This document shows positions 8,075 through 18,529 of a stretch of 64,000 nucleotides of DNA, in pieces. A program made the translations under genes and the position numbers. The stretch is from the NCBI GenBank assembly GCA_965249725.1, contig CBDFMQ010000002.1, positions 96,001-160,000 of the forward strand, given 5' to 3'. The DNA is from Longimicrobiales bacterium (GTDB taxonomy: Bacteria; Gemmatimonadota; Gemmatimonadetes; Longimicrobiales; Gaopeijiaceae). The notes under the pieces are model-generated. The model searched no databases and had not been told where the DNA came from. It worked only from the letters and a program-made list of their open reading frames with translations. The first letter of the stretch is position 1; every line of letters begins with the position of its first letter.

Positions 8075-10573
8075 ATGCCGATACGAGGCCCCCGCCGTCG
8101 CCTCCCGAGCCTGGGCACATCTTGGCTCGACGTGAAGCTCGGCCTACGCATGCTGCTCAAGCAGCCCGGCCTCACGTTGGTGACGATCTTCGCGCTTTCG
8201 ATCGGGATTCCGGCCAGCCTGATCCCGTACCACGTCGTCGACGCCCTTCAAGCGCCGCTGCCTTTCGACGACGGCGATCGTGTTCTTGGGATCCGCAACC
8301 GGAACGTGGCGGAGGGGCGCACGCAGGTTCGATCTCTTCACGACTTTTTCATGTGGCGAGATGAGCTGACGACGTTCGAGGCCATCGCTGCTGCCCGCTC
8401 CGATCCGTACAACGTGATCTCGGAAGACGGTCGGGCAGCGCCCATCCGTGGATCCGAGATCACGGCTTCGGCCTTCGAGATACTCCGGGTGCGTCCTCTT
8501 ATGGGTCGCACGCTGCTCCAGTCGGACGAGATTCCTGGGGCGGCGGATGTGGTCGTGATCGGATACGACGTGTGGCAGACCCGGTTGGCCGGAGACCCAG
8601 AAGCGGTCGGGACCACGATTCGCATCGGCCCGGTGCCGCACGAGGTCATCGGAGTCATGCCACATGGCTTCATGTTTCCGGTGAGTGATCTTCTCTGGCT
8701 AGCACTTCGCGATCAGCCTACCGACTACGAGCGCGGGATGGGGCCCGATCTACTGATATTCGGGCGGTTGGCCGATGGTGTCTCGAAGGAGGAGGCCCAG
8801 GCAGAGTTGTCGACGATCGGCGCTCGCATGGCGAACGAGTTCCCGGATACGCATGAACGCCTCCGCCCACAGGCCATGGACTACACCTCGATGGTGCTCG
8901 GCATCGATCCAGACGACATGCAGGAGGTGTACTTCATTCAGCTCATCGCCCTGGCGCTGCTGGGCATCGTCTGTGGCAATGTGGGGACGCTGATTCTGGC
9001 ACGCACCGCGACCCGAACCACAGAGATCACCGTACGCACGGCGTTGGGCGCGAGTCGTGGCCGGATCGTCTCTCAACTGTTTGTCGAGTCACTGATTCTG
9101 GCGGTCTTGTCGGCCGGGCTGGGGCTGGCCCTGGGCCATCGATTCGCGATGGAATTCAGCCGCCGGGTGTTCCAGGAAGCTCCCTTCTGGATGGACTTCG
9201 GCGTGGCCCCCAAGACGGTCGCGATCGCGATGGGCCTGGCCATTTTCTGTGCGGTGATCGCAGGCGTATTCCCGGCCCTCAAGGCCGCGGGCCGCCGTGT
9301 ACAGCGCAACCTCCAACAGGCCACGACCGGGTCGGGCATCCGCTTCGGCAAGGGAGCCACGCTGCTGATTATCTGCGAGGTTGCGCTTGCTATGGGCTTC
9401 CTCACCATGGGCGCCTCGATGTCTCGCAGTCTCTTGGCGGGCGCGTCCGTCCAGATGGAGATAGAGCCGGACGAGTACATGATGGCGATGCTCCGAATCC
9501 CCTGGACCGATCATAGCGCTCTCGAGAATGATATCTCAGTCGCTGATTTTCGAACGCAAGTAATTGCGACCCATGAGGCCTTGGCGTCGCGGCTCGGCGC
9601 CGAGCCGGGCGTGCGGGGAGCGGCGATGGCGAGCAACCTTCCGGCGATGCAACACGGCGGGCGGCGTCTGGAGGTTGAGGGAGACGATCAGGGTGAGGAC
9701 TTCCAGGGTCATCTGGTGATGCGCGCTCGCGTCGACGTCGGGTTTTTCGACGGCCTCGGCGTGAGCGTCCTGGACGGGCGCGGCTTCACCACTGCAGACC
9801 TTGCTGGAACCATTGAGGAGGACCGGACGGCAGTCATCGTGAACACTGCCTTCGTGGAGTACGTCCTCGGAGGGCGGAATCCTATCGGGCGGCGCGTACG
9901 ATACATCCCCCCCGAGGATCAAGAGCCCGGGCCGTGGTATGAGATCATCGGCGTGGTGGGGCACTTGGGAATGAACGAGATGAACCCCGAGCGCGATGAG
10001 GGGCTGTATCACCCGGCTGCGCCGGGTGAGATGCACCCCATTTGGGTAGCGGTCCATGTCGGAGAGGACCCCCTGTCGTTTACCCCCCGCTTCCGGCAGA
10101 TCACCGGTGAGGTCGACGCTGAGGCGATGATCCAGTATCCCGCCGCGATGGTCGACGCACCCAACGGTGCCCGGCAAGCGACCCAGTACGGAACGATTCT
10201 CCTCGTCTTCCTCTCCACGATCGCCATCGTGCTTTCGGGCGCGGGGCTCTATGCGCTCATGTCATTCACAGTGTCGCAGCGGACCCGAGAGATCGGAATT
10301 CGGTCTGCTCTAGGAGCCCGGCCCGGCAGCATTGTAATAGCGATCGCCCGGCGAGCGTTTTTGCAGCTCGTCGCTGGGGTCATCGCTGGGGTGGGGCTGG
10401 CTCTCTGGCTGATCCAACAGACGGCGGGCGGAACTACGTCCCGAGGCACGAACTGGACTGCGACGCTCGCCGCCTTTGCAGGCTTCATGCTTTTGGTCGG
10501 CATGGTCGCCTGCCTCGCGCCGACGCTGAGGGGCCTGAGGATCCGGCCGGTGGAAGCGCTAAAAGACGGATAG
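8075..10573 (+). CDS. ABC transporter permease, duplicated MacB/FtsX (ADOP-type)
   Basis: SWLDVKLGLRML.KQPG start; two FtsX repeats (EITVRTALGASRGRI; RTREIGIRSALGA). Confidence 0.9.
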   Translation: MPIRGPRRRLPSLGTSWLDVKLGLRMLLKQPGLTLVTIFALSIGIPASLIPYHVVDALQAPLPFDDGDRVLGIRNRNVAEGRTQVRSLHDFFMWRDELTTFEAIAAARSDPYNVISEDGRAAPIRGSEITASAFEILRVRPLMGRTLLQSDEIPGAADVVVIGYDVWQTRLAGDPEAVGTTIRIGPVPHEVIGVMPHGFMFPVSDLLWLALRDQPTDYERGMGPDLLIFGRLADGVSKEEAQAELSTIGARMANEFPDTHERLRPQAMDYTSMVLGIDPDDMQEVYFIQLIALALLGIVCGNVGTLILARTATRTTEITVRTALGASRGRIVSQLFVESLILAVLSAGLGLALGHRFAMEFSRRVFQEAPFWMDFGVAPKTVAIAMGLAIFCAVIAGVFPALKAAGRRVQRNLQQATTGSGIRFGKGATLLIICEVALAMGFLTMGASMSRSLLAGASVQMEIEPDEYMMAMLRIPWTDHSALENDISVADFRTQVIATHEALASRLGAEPGVRGAAMASNLPAMQHGGRRLEVEGDDQGEDFQGHLVMRARVDVGFFDGLGVSVLDGRGFTTADLAGTIEEDRTAVIVNTAFVEYVLGGRNPIGRRVRYIPPEDQEPGPWYEIIGVVGHLGMNEMNPERDEGLYHPAAPGEMHPIWVAVHVGEDPLSFTPRFRQITGEVDAEAMIQYPAAMVDAPNGARQATQYGTILLVFLSTIAIVLSGAGLYALMSFTVSQRTREIGIRSALGARPGSIVIAIARRAFLQLVAGVIAGVGLALWLIQQTAGGTTSRGTNWTATLAAFAGFMLLVGMVACLAPTLRGLRIRPVEALKDG

Positions 10574-10974
10574 GGCGATCAACAACCTGATGTGCCGCCA
10601 CTCTCGCTCGATTGTCCTGGTCGCTGTTGTCTCGTTTCCCCTGCTCAGTCGCAGTGTACTACCTCCCGCCGCGCCGGAGTCCCCTAGGAACGGCAGGATC
10701 ACTGAGGCTGAATTGGCACAACGTCCCGCAAGTTCCGCTCTCCACGCGATCCTCTTCCTTCGTCCTGGCCGCACACGCGAGGGCGGGAGGTGGCCTGACG
10801 TGTGGCTGTTACAGGCATGACTGATGAGTTGAGGTCTCTGTTTTGCTCTCTTGCCGCCCGATCACCCACCACCTTACCATCCCCACCCCAGAGGGCGGTT
10901 GAGTGCCCCGTCCGTCAGAACAGGAGGCGTTCCGTGGACGCCTGTAGGTTGTCTGCACCGGTCGGAAGAGGGCA

Positions 10975-12429
10975 ATGGGCTCGATGCGTGGGCAAATGAC
11001 CGACAAGATCGCGGAGCTTTGCCGGCGGCGAGGCGTGGTAGTGCCCACCATCGCTCAGATGAAGGACCCGGCAAAGATCCCAGAATCGATCCGCGACGAG
11101 TTGGCGGAGGTCGGCCTTTGGGATGTCCATCCAGCCAACCTCTTTCGCGTGTCGTGGAAGAACGAGCCGGTCGCACAAGGCGGTGGATTCAATCAGGGCA
11201 ACTGGATCGAGTTCCCTCCGGAGTTGACCCAGGTCCCGGCACGGATCGTCGGCCTGAGCGGGAAGTGGTTCCCGACCGGATGTCACAAAGTTGGTGCCGC
11301 GTTCGGTTGCCTCGTTCCGCGTCTGGTCTCGGGCGAGGTCGATCCGGCCACGCAGAAGTTCGTGTGGCCCAGCACCGGGAACTTCTGTCGTGGCGGCGCG
11401 TTCGTCAGCGCACTGCTGGGCTGCGAAGCCGTTGCGATCCTGCCGGAAGAAATGTCGAGGGAGCGCTTCGAGTGGTTGGGCTCGATCGGCGCCGAGATCA
11501 TCGCAACGCCCGGATCGGAATCGAACGTCAAGGAGATCTACGACAAGTGCTGGGAGATCAGAGAATCGCGACCCGACCATGTGATCCTGAATCAGTTCGA
11601 GGAGATGGGGAATGCCGTTTGGCACTATCACGTCACGGGCGGCTTGGTCGAAGAGGTCTTCGAACGGATCGGAGGTAAGGGGCACAGGCTCGCCGCCTAC
11701 GTCTCCGCCACGGGCAGCGCAGGAACGATTGCAGCGGGCGATTATCTACGAACGGTTAGCCCGGACCTCAAGGTCGCCGCGGTCGAGGCACTGCAGTGCC
11801 CCACGCTCCTCCGATGTGGCTTCGGCGAGCATCGCATCGAAGGAATCGGCGACAAGCACGTGCCCTGGATTCACAACGTACGGAACACCGACGTCGTGGT
11901 GGCGATCGACGACGAGCATTGCGTGAGGTTGATGCGCTTGTTCAACGAGGGGGCGGGCCGAGACCTCCTGGCGGGTCAGGGCGTCCCGCAGGAGACCATC
12001 GGGAGACTCGACGAGCTTGGCATCTCGTCGATCTGCAACCTTGTGGCTTCGATCAAAGTCGCGCGCCACTTCGAGATGGGGCCCGAGGATGTCCTCTTCA
12101 CGCCCCTGACCGACTCCATGGAATTGTACGCGTCGCGTCTTGAAGAACAGCACGCGCTCCACGGTGAATACACGGAGCGCGACGCTGTGGGCGACTATGC
12201 GCGGTTCCTCGCAGGGATAGCGATCGACAACATGCGCGAGCTGAGCTACTACGACCGAAAAGCTTTGCACAACCTCAAGTACTTCACCTGGGTCGAGCAA
12301 CAGGGGCGAACGGCCGATGAGCTGCGGCGTCTCTGGCAACCCGAGTTTTGGACCGATGCCTTCGATCAGGCTGCCGAATGGGACCGTCGGATCGACGAGC
12401 TGAACGAACGCGTCGGGATCCTGCCATGA
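10975..12429 (+). CDS. PLP-dependent enzyme, fold type II (cysteine synthase/TrpB-like)
   Basis: TGCHKVG PLP lysine, PSTGNF, ATGSAGT phosphate loop, HRIEGIG. Start may be ATG 10996. Confidence 0.85.
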   Translation: MGSMRGQMTDKIAELCRRRGVVVPTIAQMKDPAKIPESIRDELAEVGLWDVHPANLFRVSWKNEPVAQGGGFNQGNWIEFPPELTQVPARIVGLSGKWFPTGCHKVGAAFGCLVPRLVSGEVDPATQKFVWPSTGNFCRGGAFVSALLGCEAVAILPEEMSRERFEWLGSIGAEIIATPGSESNVKEIYDKCWEIRESRPDHVILNQFEEMGNAVWHYHVTGGLVEEVFERIGGKGHRLAAYVSATGSAGTIAAGDYLRTVSPDLKVAAVEALQCPTLLRCGFGEHRIEGIGDKHVPWIHNVRNTDVVVAIDDEHCVRLMRLFNEGAGRDLLAGQGVPQETIGRLDELGISSICNLVASIKVARHFEMGPEDVLFTPLTDSMELYASRLEEQHALHGEYTERDAVGDYARFLAGIAIDNMRELSYYDRKALHNLKYFTWVEQQGRTADELRRLWQPEFWTDAFDQAAEWDRRIDELNERVGILP

Positions 12430-12512
12430 GCAAGGGATACGCCTCGCATACGCCCAGGGCTGCTCGCGACGCATACGGCTGCGCGAGCCGCATTCCCGAT
12501 TGGAGGCCCACC

Positions 12513-14462
12513 ATGAAGCGTCGTATCGTGCTCGTCATCGGTCTAGTCATGGCCGTCACGAACTGCCAGAGGGAGCCGGAATACGACGTTGTCCTGCGGG
12601 GCGGCACGGTGTTCGACGGAAGCGGCGAGCCCGGTGTCATCGCCGATGTCGCCATCGATGGCGAGCGCATCGTGGGCGTGGGCGACGTGGACGGCGAGGG
12701 CGAGCTCGAGATCGATGCGACCGGTCTGTACGTGGCCCCGGGCTTCACCGACATGCACAGCCATTCGGACCGGACCCGGCTCTTGAACGGAGGCCACGGA
12801 CCGTCGTTCGCCCTTCAGGGCATCACGACCGAGGTGTATGGCGAGACGACCTCAATGGGGCCCCGCGGTGGCAAGATGGAGGGCCAGCTTCCGGAGCCGC
12901 TCCGGGGGAAGTGGACCAGCTTCGGCGAGTTTCTGGACTATGCGGAATCACAGGGGCTCGGCGTCAACATCGCCTCCCACGTCGGCTCCGGTGGCATCCG
13001 CGCGTATGTGATGGGCTACGAGGATCGGGAGCCGACCGAGGAGGAGCTCGCTCAGATGAAGCGCCTCGTGCGCGAAGCGGTACAAGAAGGGGCGGTGGGC
13101 GTCAGCGCCGGGATGAGCTACGTCCCCAACATCTATATGAGTACGGAGGAGCTCGCGGCACTGGTGAAAGAAGCCGCGGACCTCGGCGTGGGCCTCTACT
13201 CCAACCATGCGCGCACCATGAACGGGACCGACCCTGGTGCCATCACCGAGGCGGTCGAGATCGGAAAGATGGCGGGCGCTGCTATCCACTTCTTTCATCT
13301 GAACTCTCTGGCTTCCACCCGGGCGGACGAGTTTTTGAGCCTCATCGAGCAAGCGCGTACGGAGGGCATGCAGGTCACGGGGGATTCCTACACGTATACC
13401 TGGGGCATCACCGGCCTGGCTGACTACATTCCTGCCTGGGCGCAGGAAGGCGGACGCGAAGCGATGCTCGCAAGACTCAGAGACCCCGTGCAGCGCGAGA
13501 AGATCGCCGGAGATTTCGTGACCGAAGAACCCTACCTCGCCAACATAGGCTGGCACAGGGTCCGTCTGGGGGTCAACGATCCAGAAATCAACGGCAAGCT
13601 GGTGGAAGAGGTGTCCGAGATGCGCGAACAGCCGGCCGAAGAGGTCTTTATGGACGTCGTCCTGGAGCAACGGGGCGAAGGGATGGTCATCGACTGGAAT
13701 AACGAGGAGGAAACGCTTCGAGAGGTCATGCTCCAGCCTTACGTTGCTGGAGGCACGGACGGCGGCGCCATCGACCTCGATACCGAGTACCTCCCGCCCC
13801 TGGTGCACCCCCGTCACCTGGGTACGATTCCCCGATGGCTGGGCACCTACGTGCGTGACGAACAGATCATGAGCTGGGAAGAAGCGATCCGGAAACTGGC
13901 CGCATTGCCCGCGGAGATCCTGCAACTCGAGGAACGGGGCATGCTGCAGGACGGCTATTTCGCGGACGTCGTCGTCTTCGATCCGGCGACCATCAACGGG
14001 CTCGCCACCTTCGAAGACCCGTTCCACTACTCCGTGGGGATGCGACACGTTTTCGTGAATGGCCAAGCTGTGGTGACCGACGGAGAGACGACGGGAGCGC
14101 TACCAGGACGGGCCTTGCGCGGCGCGGGTTACCTGGCCAACAAGCCGCCGTTGACCGTGCCGTTGCCCGAGCTCGCGGAGAACCAGGAGATCCTGGTCCT
14201 GGAAGTTGACCTCGCTCCGGGACGGGCCTCGGCGCCCCACCGCCATAATGCCCATGTTGTTGTCTATGTGCTGGAGGGTCGGGTCAACATGCAGATTGCC
14301 GGGGGCGAGCTGGTGACCCTTTCGCCAGGGGAAACGTTCCATGAGAGCCCTGATGACATCCACATGGTGTCTCAGAACGCCAGTGATACCGAATCGGCGA
14401 AGATCCTGGTGCACATGATCAAGACGGTCGGAGTTCCGGTGAGCACTCCGGTTCCCAATTGA
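12513..14462 (+). CDS. N-acyl-D-amino-acid deacylase family lipoprotein with C-terminal cupin domain
   Basis: GGAGG RBS; lipobox-like VTNC; PGFTDMHSH, HPRHLGT, ADVVVFDP; tail APHRHNAHVVVYVLEG...GETFHESPDDIH is a cupin. Confidence 0.85.
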   Translation: MKRRIVLVIGLVMAVTNCQREPEYDVVLRGGTVFDGSGEPGVIADVAIDGERIVGVGDVDGEGELEIDATGLYVAPGFTDMHSHSDRTRLLNGGHGPSFALQGITTEVYGETTSMGPRGGKMEGQLPEPLRGKWTSFGEFLDYAESQGLGVNIASHVGSGGIRAYVMGYEDREPTEEELAQMKRLVREAVQEGAVGVSAGMSYVPNIYMSTEELAALVKEAADLGVGLYSNHARTMNGTDPGAITEAVEIGKMAGAAIHFFHLNSLASTRADEFLSLIEQARTEGMQVTGDSYTYTWGITGLADYIPAWAQEGGREAMLARLRDPVQREKIAGDFVTEEPYLANIGWHRVRLGVNDPEINGKLVEEVSEMREQPAEEVFMDVVLEQRGEGMVIDWNNEEETLREVMLQPYVAGGTDGGAIDLDTEYLPPLVHPRHLGTIPRWLGTYVRDEQIMSWEEAIRKLAALPAEILQLEERGMLQDGYFADVVVFDPATINGLATFEDPFHYSVGMRHVFVNGQAVVTDGETTGALPGRALRGAGYLANKPPLTVPLPELAENQEILVLEVDLAPGRASAPHRHNAHVVVYVLEGRVNMQIAGGELVTLSPGETFHESPDDIHMVSQNASDTESAKILVHMIKTVGVPVSTPVPN

Positions 14463-14558
14463 CCGCTTCGCGCTCCGGGGTCAGCAACGGTTGCCGTCAT
14501 CATCTTCTCCGTCTAACAAGCTTCTGGAGTCGGTCCTGTTTTGACGCGCGAAGCACGC

Positions 14559-14600
14559 GGGACACGGAGTGAGGGACGCTGAGTGAGGGACACGGAGTAG
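14559..14600 (+). repeat. Three imperfect 14-bp tandem units abutting the sulfatase ATG
   Basis: GGGACACGGAGTGA / GGGACGCTGAGTGA / GGGACACGGAGTAG, then ATG at 14601. Confidence 0.8.
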
Positions 14601-15745
14601 ATGAGCAGAGGGCGAGAGGGAGCACTGATCGTCAGCTGCCTGGCGATTCTCATCCTGGCAGGGTGTGGTCCGGGTGAGGCTACGGATCCGGTCAACGTTG
14701 TCGTGATCCTCATCGACGATATGGGCTGGGTGGACACTGCTGTGTACGGGAGCAGCTTCTACGAGACGCCCAATATCGATCGGCTGGCGGCTGAGGGAGC
14801 GCGCTTTACGCAGTTCTATACGGCCGGCTCCGTATGCTCGCCGACGCGGGCGAGCATCATGACGGGCAAGCACCCGGCTCGGCTCGATATCACAAATTGG
14901 ATCGGTGGTGAGCAGAACGGGCTCTTGGATCAGGCCGAGTACGTCCGCCAACTTGCCGAGGATGAGGTGACGATCGGTGAGGCGTTTCAGGCCGCGGGCT
15001 ACCAGACCGGCTATGTGGGGAAATGGCACCTCGGGGGACCCGGTTATCTTCCCGAGACCCAGGGCTTTCAGTTCAACTTCGCCGTGAATCACGCCGGATC
15101 GCCGGGATCCTACTTCCCGCCCTATTCCCGCCCTAACGCACCCCGTAATGACGTTCCGGATCTGGCTGGGGACGCGGATGACGCGTATTTGACGGACCGG
15201 CTCACGGACGCGTCGCTGGAGTTCATCGAGAGCAACCGGGACCGCCCGTTCCTCCTACCGCGAATACACCGCTGCGCGCAGGGAAGGGGTGGCTGTATGA
15301 AGGCGGTATTCGGGCACCGCTCATCGTGCGATGGCCCGCGACGATTTCCGCTGGCACGGTGGTCTCCGCCCCGGCCGTGAGCACCGATCTCTTCCCGACG
15401 CTCTTGGAGTTGGCCCGCCTCCCTGCCCAACCATCGAATCACATGGACGGCGCGAGCTTGGCCGGGTCGATGCTGGACGGCGCGGAGGAGGTCCATGAAG
15501 CTCTCTTCTGGCACTTCCCCCACTATCACGGTTCGGGCAATCGTCCCGGAGGCGCCGTGCGGATCGGGGACCTGAAGCTCGTGGAGTGGTTCGAAGACGG
15601 CGAGGTAGAGTTGTACGACCTGTCGACCGATCTGGGAGAACGCAGAGACCTTTCGTCAGAGCGTCCCGATGACACAGATCGACTCTTGAGCGAGCTGCGC
15701 GACTGGCGGGTCGATCTGGACGCCAACATGCCCACGAGGCGATGA
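14601..15745 (+). pseudogene. Formylglycine-dependent sulfatase with internal deletion and frameshift
   Basis: DDMG, CSPTRASIMTG, GKWHLG, then the frame breaks after DRPFL (~15254); another frame resumes PTANTPLRAGKGWLYEGGIRAPLIVRWP...ELYDL. The SDNG-containing middle is missing. Confidence 0.85.
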
Positions 15746-17661
15746 CCGTGCCCTGGGTAACACGCCAAACTGCGCTCATCATGCTCGCGTTCGCCGTCGG
15801 TACGAATGCGGTGCACGCCCTGACCGTGCCGGTCGCGTGGCAGGTCGCAGCGAACCAGTCCGCCGATGATCAGTCTCGTCCTGGACCGGTCGCCCTCTTC
15901 GGCTTCGACAGAACGATTGAGTCGTCTACCGGCACCCCTGCTCGAACAGTCGAGCCAGGGACACGCTCCTTTGTAGACGGCCTCGACGGCGAGGCTCTGA
16001 GCCTCGGGCCGGAGAATGGTTCGACGTTCCTGACCCTCCCTAGGGATCTCGCGTCGTTTGACCCCGACAGTGACTTCTCAGTCCGATTCTGGCTTAGAAC
16101 GAACGCTGGAGCCGACCGGCGTTTCGTCGCCCTGTCGCAGAAGGAGTTCGACGACAACAGCCTGGCTTCTCAGAAGAACGCGGGGTGGGTCTTCTACGTG
16201 TCGCACGGGACCTGGGCGTGGAGCGTGGGCTCCGGCTTGCGCCGACTCACGTACGAGCGGGATAACGGAGAGCGGATGCCGCTGAACGATGGCCGATGGC
16301 ACCAGCTGGCTATGACCCACAGTGCCGAGCGCTCTGAAACCCGGCTGTTCTATGACGGAGTGAACTGGGTGTCGTACCACGTCACGGACTCGGGCGGCTT
16401 CGACTTCACGAGCCCGAACCCGACCACCATCGGATGGGACGCATCAGACGTCGCGCCTGTCCCCGATCTGCTCCCCGCCATCGAGTCCGGTGCCGAAGGA
16501 CTGCAGACGTTCGTCGACGCCTTCGATGCGCTTGGTCAGCGCCCGATCGAGTCCGATGAGTTTCTTCGTCTCATCGTCGATCCCAAGGCCTTGTTCGAAC
16601 AGAGGGCGGGTCACGAGGTCGACGAGGATGCGTGGGGTCCGGTTGCGGCCGCCGAGGCCGCGTTGATGGAAAACCCCTACACGATCCATCAGGCCCTGGA
16701 GTTCATGAAGGCGGCTCGGCTCACCAAGATCTACGCGCTCATCGACGGCGAGGTCGTGATCAGGAGGGACGTCGCCACGCGGTACGCCGAGCAGGAAAGG
16801 CTCTCACCCCCGGACTTCGACATTGACGACCTCGCGATCTGGGATCGTGAGTTGTCGCCTGACGAGGTCCGGGGATCCTACGGGGAGCACTTCCAGCCGA
16901 CGGACGCGGCCCTCGGAGGCAACGTCCGCACGCTTACCGCAGCCGCTTGGAACATCTGGCACGGCGGAAAGCACTTCACGCCGGAAGAGCACGGGTGGGA
17001 CTCCCGCGTACAAGTCGCCGACATGCTCGAAGACGAAGGCGTGGACGTGGTCATGATGCAGGAGACTTACTCGTCTGGGGACTTCATCGCGGCCGAGCTC
17101 GGGTACTACTTCGCGACCACGGTCGACTGGGACTACCTGAATCAGGGCGCGAACATCTCCGTCTTGAGCCGATACCCCATCCGGGAACTGCATGTCCAAG
17201 AGGACTCTCCATTCCAGAACGTCGGCACCAAGGTCGAACTCAGCGACACGCAGGACCTCTATGTGATGTCCAACTGGTACGGAATGAACCAGTTCCCCGA
17301 TGTCTTCGAATTCCACCAGTCGAGGTTCGCCGAGTCCGACGCGGTCCCGATTCTCTTTGGGGGCGACTTCAACGCGATACCCCACACCGACGGGGGTAAC
17401 AGCCCCGCCTCGATCGCGTTGTTGAACTCGGGGTTCACGGACGCATTCCGCAGTCTCCATCCCGACGTCGAGGCGCGTCCCGGGCCCACGCATCGAAGCG
17501 GGCGACGGATCGACCAGCTGTACTACAAGGGCGCGGGGCTGAACAACACGTCGACGCGAGTGATCTCGACACGTGATTGGGGCTTCCCGTCCGACCACTT
17601 CATGATTCTGTCGAGATTCGATCTCGATTACTCGACCCGAGTAGAAGGCGGACGGCCATGA
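15742..17661 (+). CDS. Secreted LamG-like domain + endonuclease/exonuclease/phosphatase (EEP) fusion
   Basis: FSVRFW...DGRWHQLA...LFYDG...IDDLAIWDRELS (LamG); WNIWHG, MQET, GGDFN, RIDQL, PSDH (EEP). Confidence 0.85.
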   Translation: MTVPWVTRQTALIMLAFAVGTNAVHALTVPVAWQVAANQSADDQSRPGPVALFGFDRTIESSTGTPARTVEPGTRSFVDGLDGEALSLGPENGSTFLTLPRDLASFDPDSDFSVRFWLRTNAGADRRFVALSQKEFDDNSLASQKNAGWVFYVSHGTWAWSVGSGLRRLTYERDNGERMPLNDGRWHQLAMTHSAERSETRLFYDGVNWVSYHVTDSGGFDFTSPNPTTIGWDASDVAPVPDLLPAIESGAEGLQTFVDAFDALGQRPIESDEFLRLIVDPKALFEQRAGHEVDEDAWGPVAAAEAALMENPYTIHQALEFMKAARLTKIYALIDGEVVIRRDVATRYAEQERLSPPDFDIDDLAIWDRELSPDEVRGSYGEHFQPTDAALGGNVRTLTAAAWNIWHGGKHFTPEEHGWDSRVQVADMLEDEGVDVVMMQETYSSGDFIAAELGYYFATTVDWDYLNQGANISVLSRYPIRELHVQEDSPFQNVGTKVELSDTQDLYVMSNWYGMNQFPDVFEFHQSRFAESDAVPILFGGDFNAIPHTDGGNSPASIALLNSGFTDAFRSLHPDVEARPGPTHRSGRRIDQLYYKGAGLNNTSTRVISTRDWGFPSDHFMILSRFDLDYSTRVEGGRP

Positions 17662-17799
17662 TGCGCCGAGCCAAGATGCGCCGAGCCGTGATGCTTGGAG
17701 TCGCCCACTCGGGCGGCAAGCCAAGAAGGGCGCGGAGAACCAACGTAGGTCTGTCTAGCCGATTTCCGAAAGCCGACGGCTGGCGCCTCTGACGGTATG

Positions 17800-18438
17800 C
17801 TACCCGCCGGATTCGTAGGTGGGGGACGGGTCGTGTGAGACCCTGAACAGCTTGAGCGCCGTCTGCATGATGGGACCCATCAGAAACGCGAACAGCACGG
17901 TTCCCAGGCCGATCGAGCCGCCGATCAGGAATGCCACCAGAAGGACGACCACCTCGATCCGGATCCGAGTCGCCCGGATACTCCAGTCCAGCCGGCGGGA
18001 GAGGCCAAGGACGAAACCGTCTCGCGGACCGGCGCCGAGTCGCGCTCCGATATAGACGGCCGATGCCAGGCCCATCATGAGCAGCCCGACCAGGAACTGC
18101 GAAGACCCCAGCACCCGCGTCGTGGCATGCGGGAACCAGGCCTGGACGCGAAGCACGTCGATCCATGGGCCCACGAGTGCCATGTTACAGACCGTGCCGA
18201 AGCCGGGCCGGACTCCGAGGGTAAGCCAACTGCACAGGATCAAGAGCGCTCCGATCCCCTGTGCCACGCGCCCGAACGACCATCCCAGCTGCGTGCTGAC
18301 TCCCTCGTGAAGGGCCGACCACGGATCGAGCCCGATCTGCGCCTCGAGCATGATCGCGACTGCGCAGCCGAACAGGAACAGCCCCACCTGTAGGCGAAGC
18401 ACGTACCGCACGAACGACCAAGACCGGAAGCGTTGCAT
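17800..18438 (-). CDS. YczE/YyaS/YitT family membrane protein
   Basis: GLDPW, GFGT, GAGPRDG, GGSIGLGT motifs; multiple TM helices. Confidence 0.85.
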   Translation of the reverse strand: MQRFRSWSFVRYVLRLQVGLFLFGCAVAIMLEAQIGLDPWSALHEGVSTQLGWSFGRVAQGIGALLILCSWLTLGVRPGFGTVCNMALVGPWIDVLRVQAWFPHATTRVLGSSQFLVGLLMMGLASAVYIGARLGAGPRDGFVLGLSRRLDWSIRATRIRIEVVVLLVAFLIGGSIGLGTVLFAFLMGPIMQTALKLFRVSHDPSPTYESGG

Positions 18439-18529
18439 TCAGACGGAGCGAGAGGTTCTCGTGAAGACGGCGAACCCGGAAACTGCCATCTTCGACGGAG
18501 AAGTCCAGGGATTCGCTCGCACCTCGCGC

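Noticed and set aside
10574..10974. Small ORFs or a hammerhead ribozyme (CTGATGA at ~10821) in the intergenic gap
   Set aside because: No GAAA core partner or supporting stems; the ORFs have no recognisable motifs.
14448..14462. Third 'VPN*' C-terminus shared with the kinase ends
   Set aside because: Only three residues match with different codons; likely chance.
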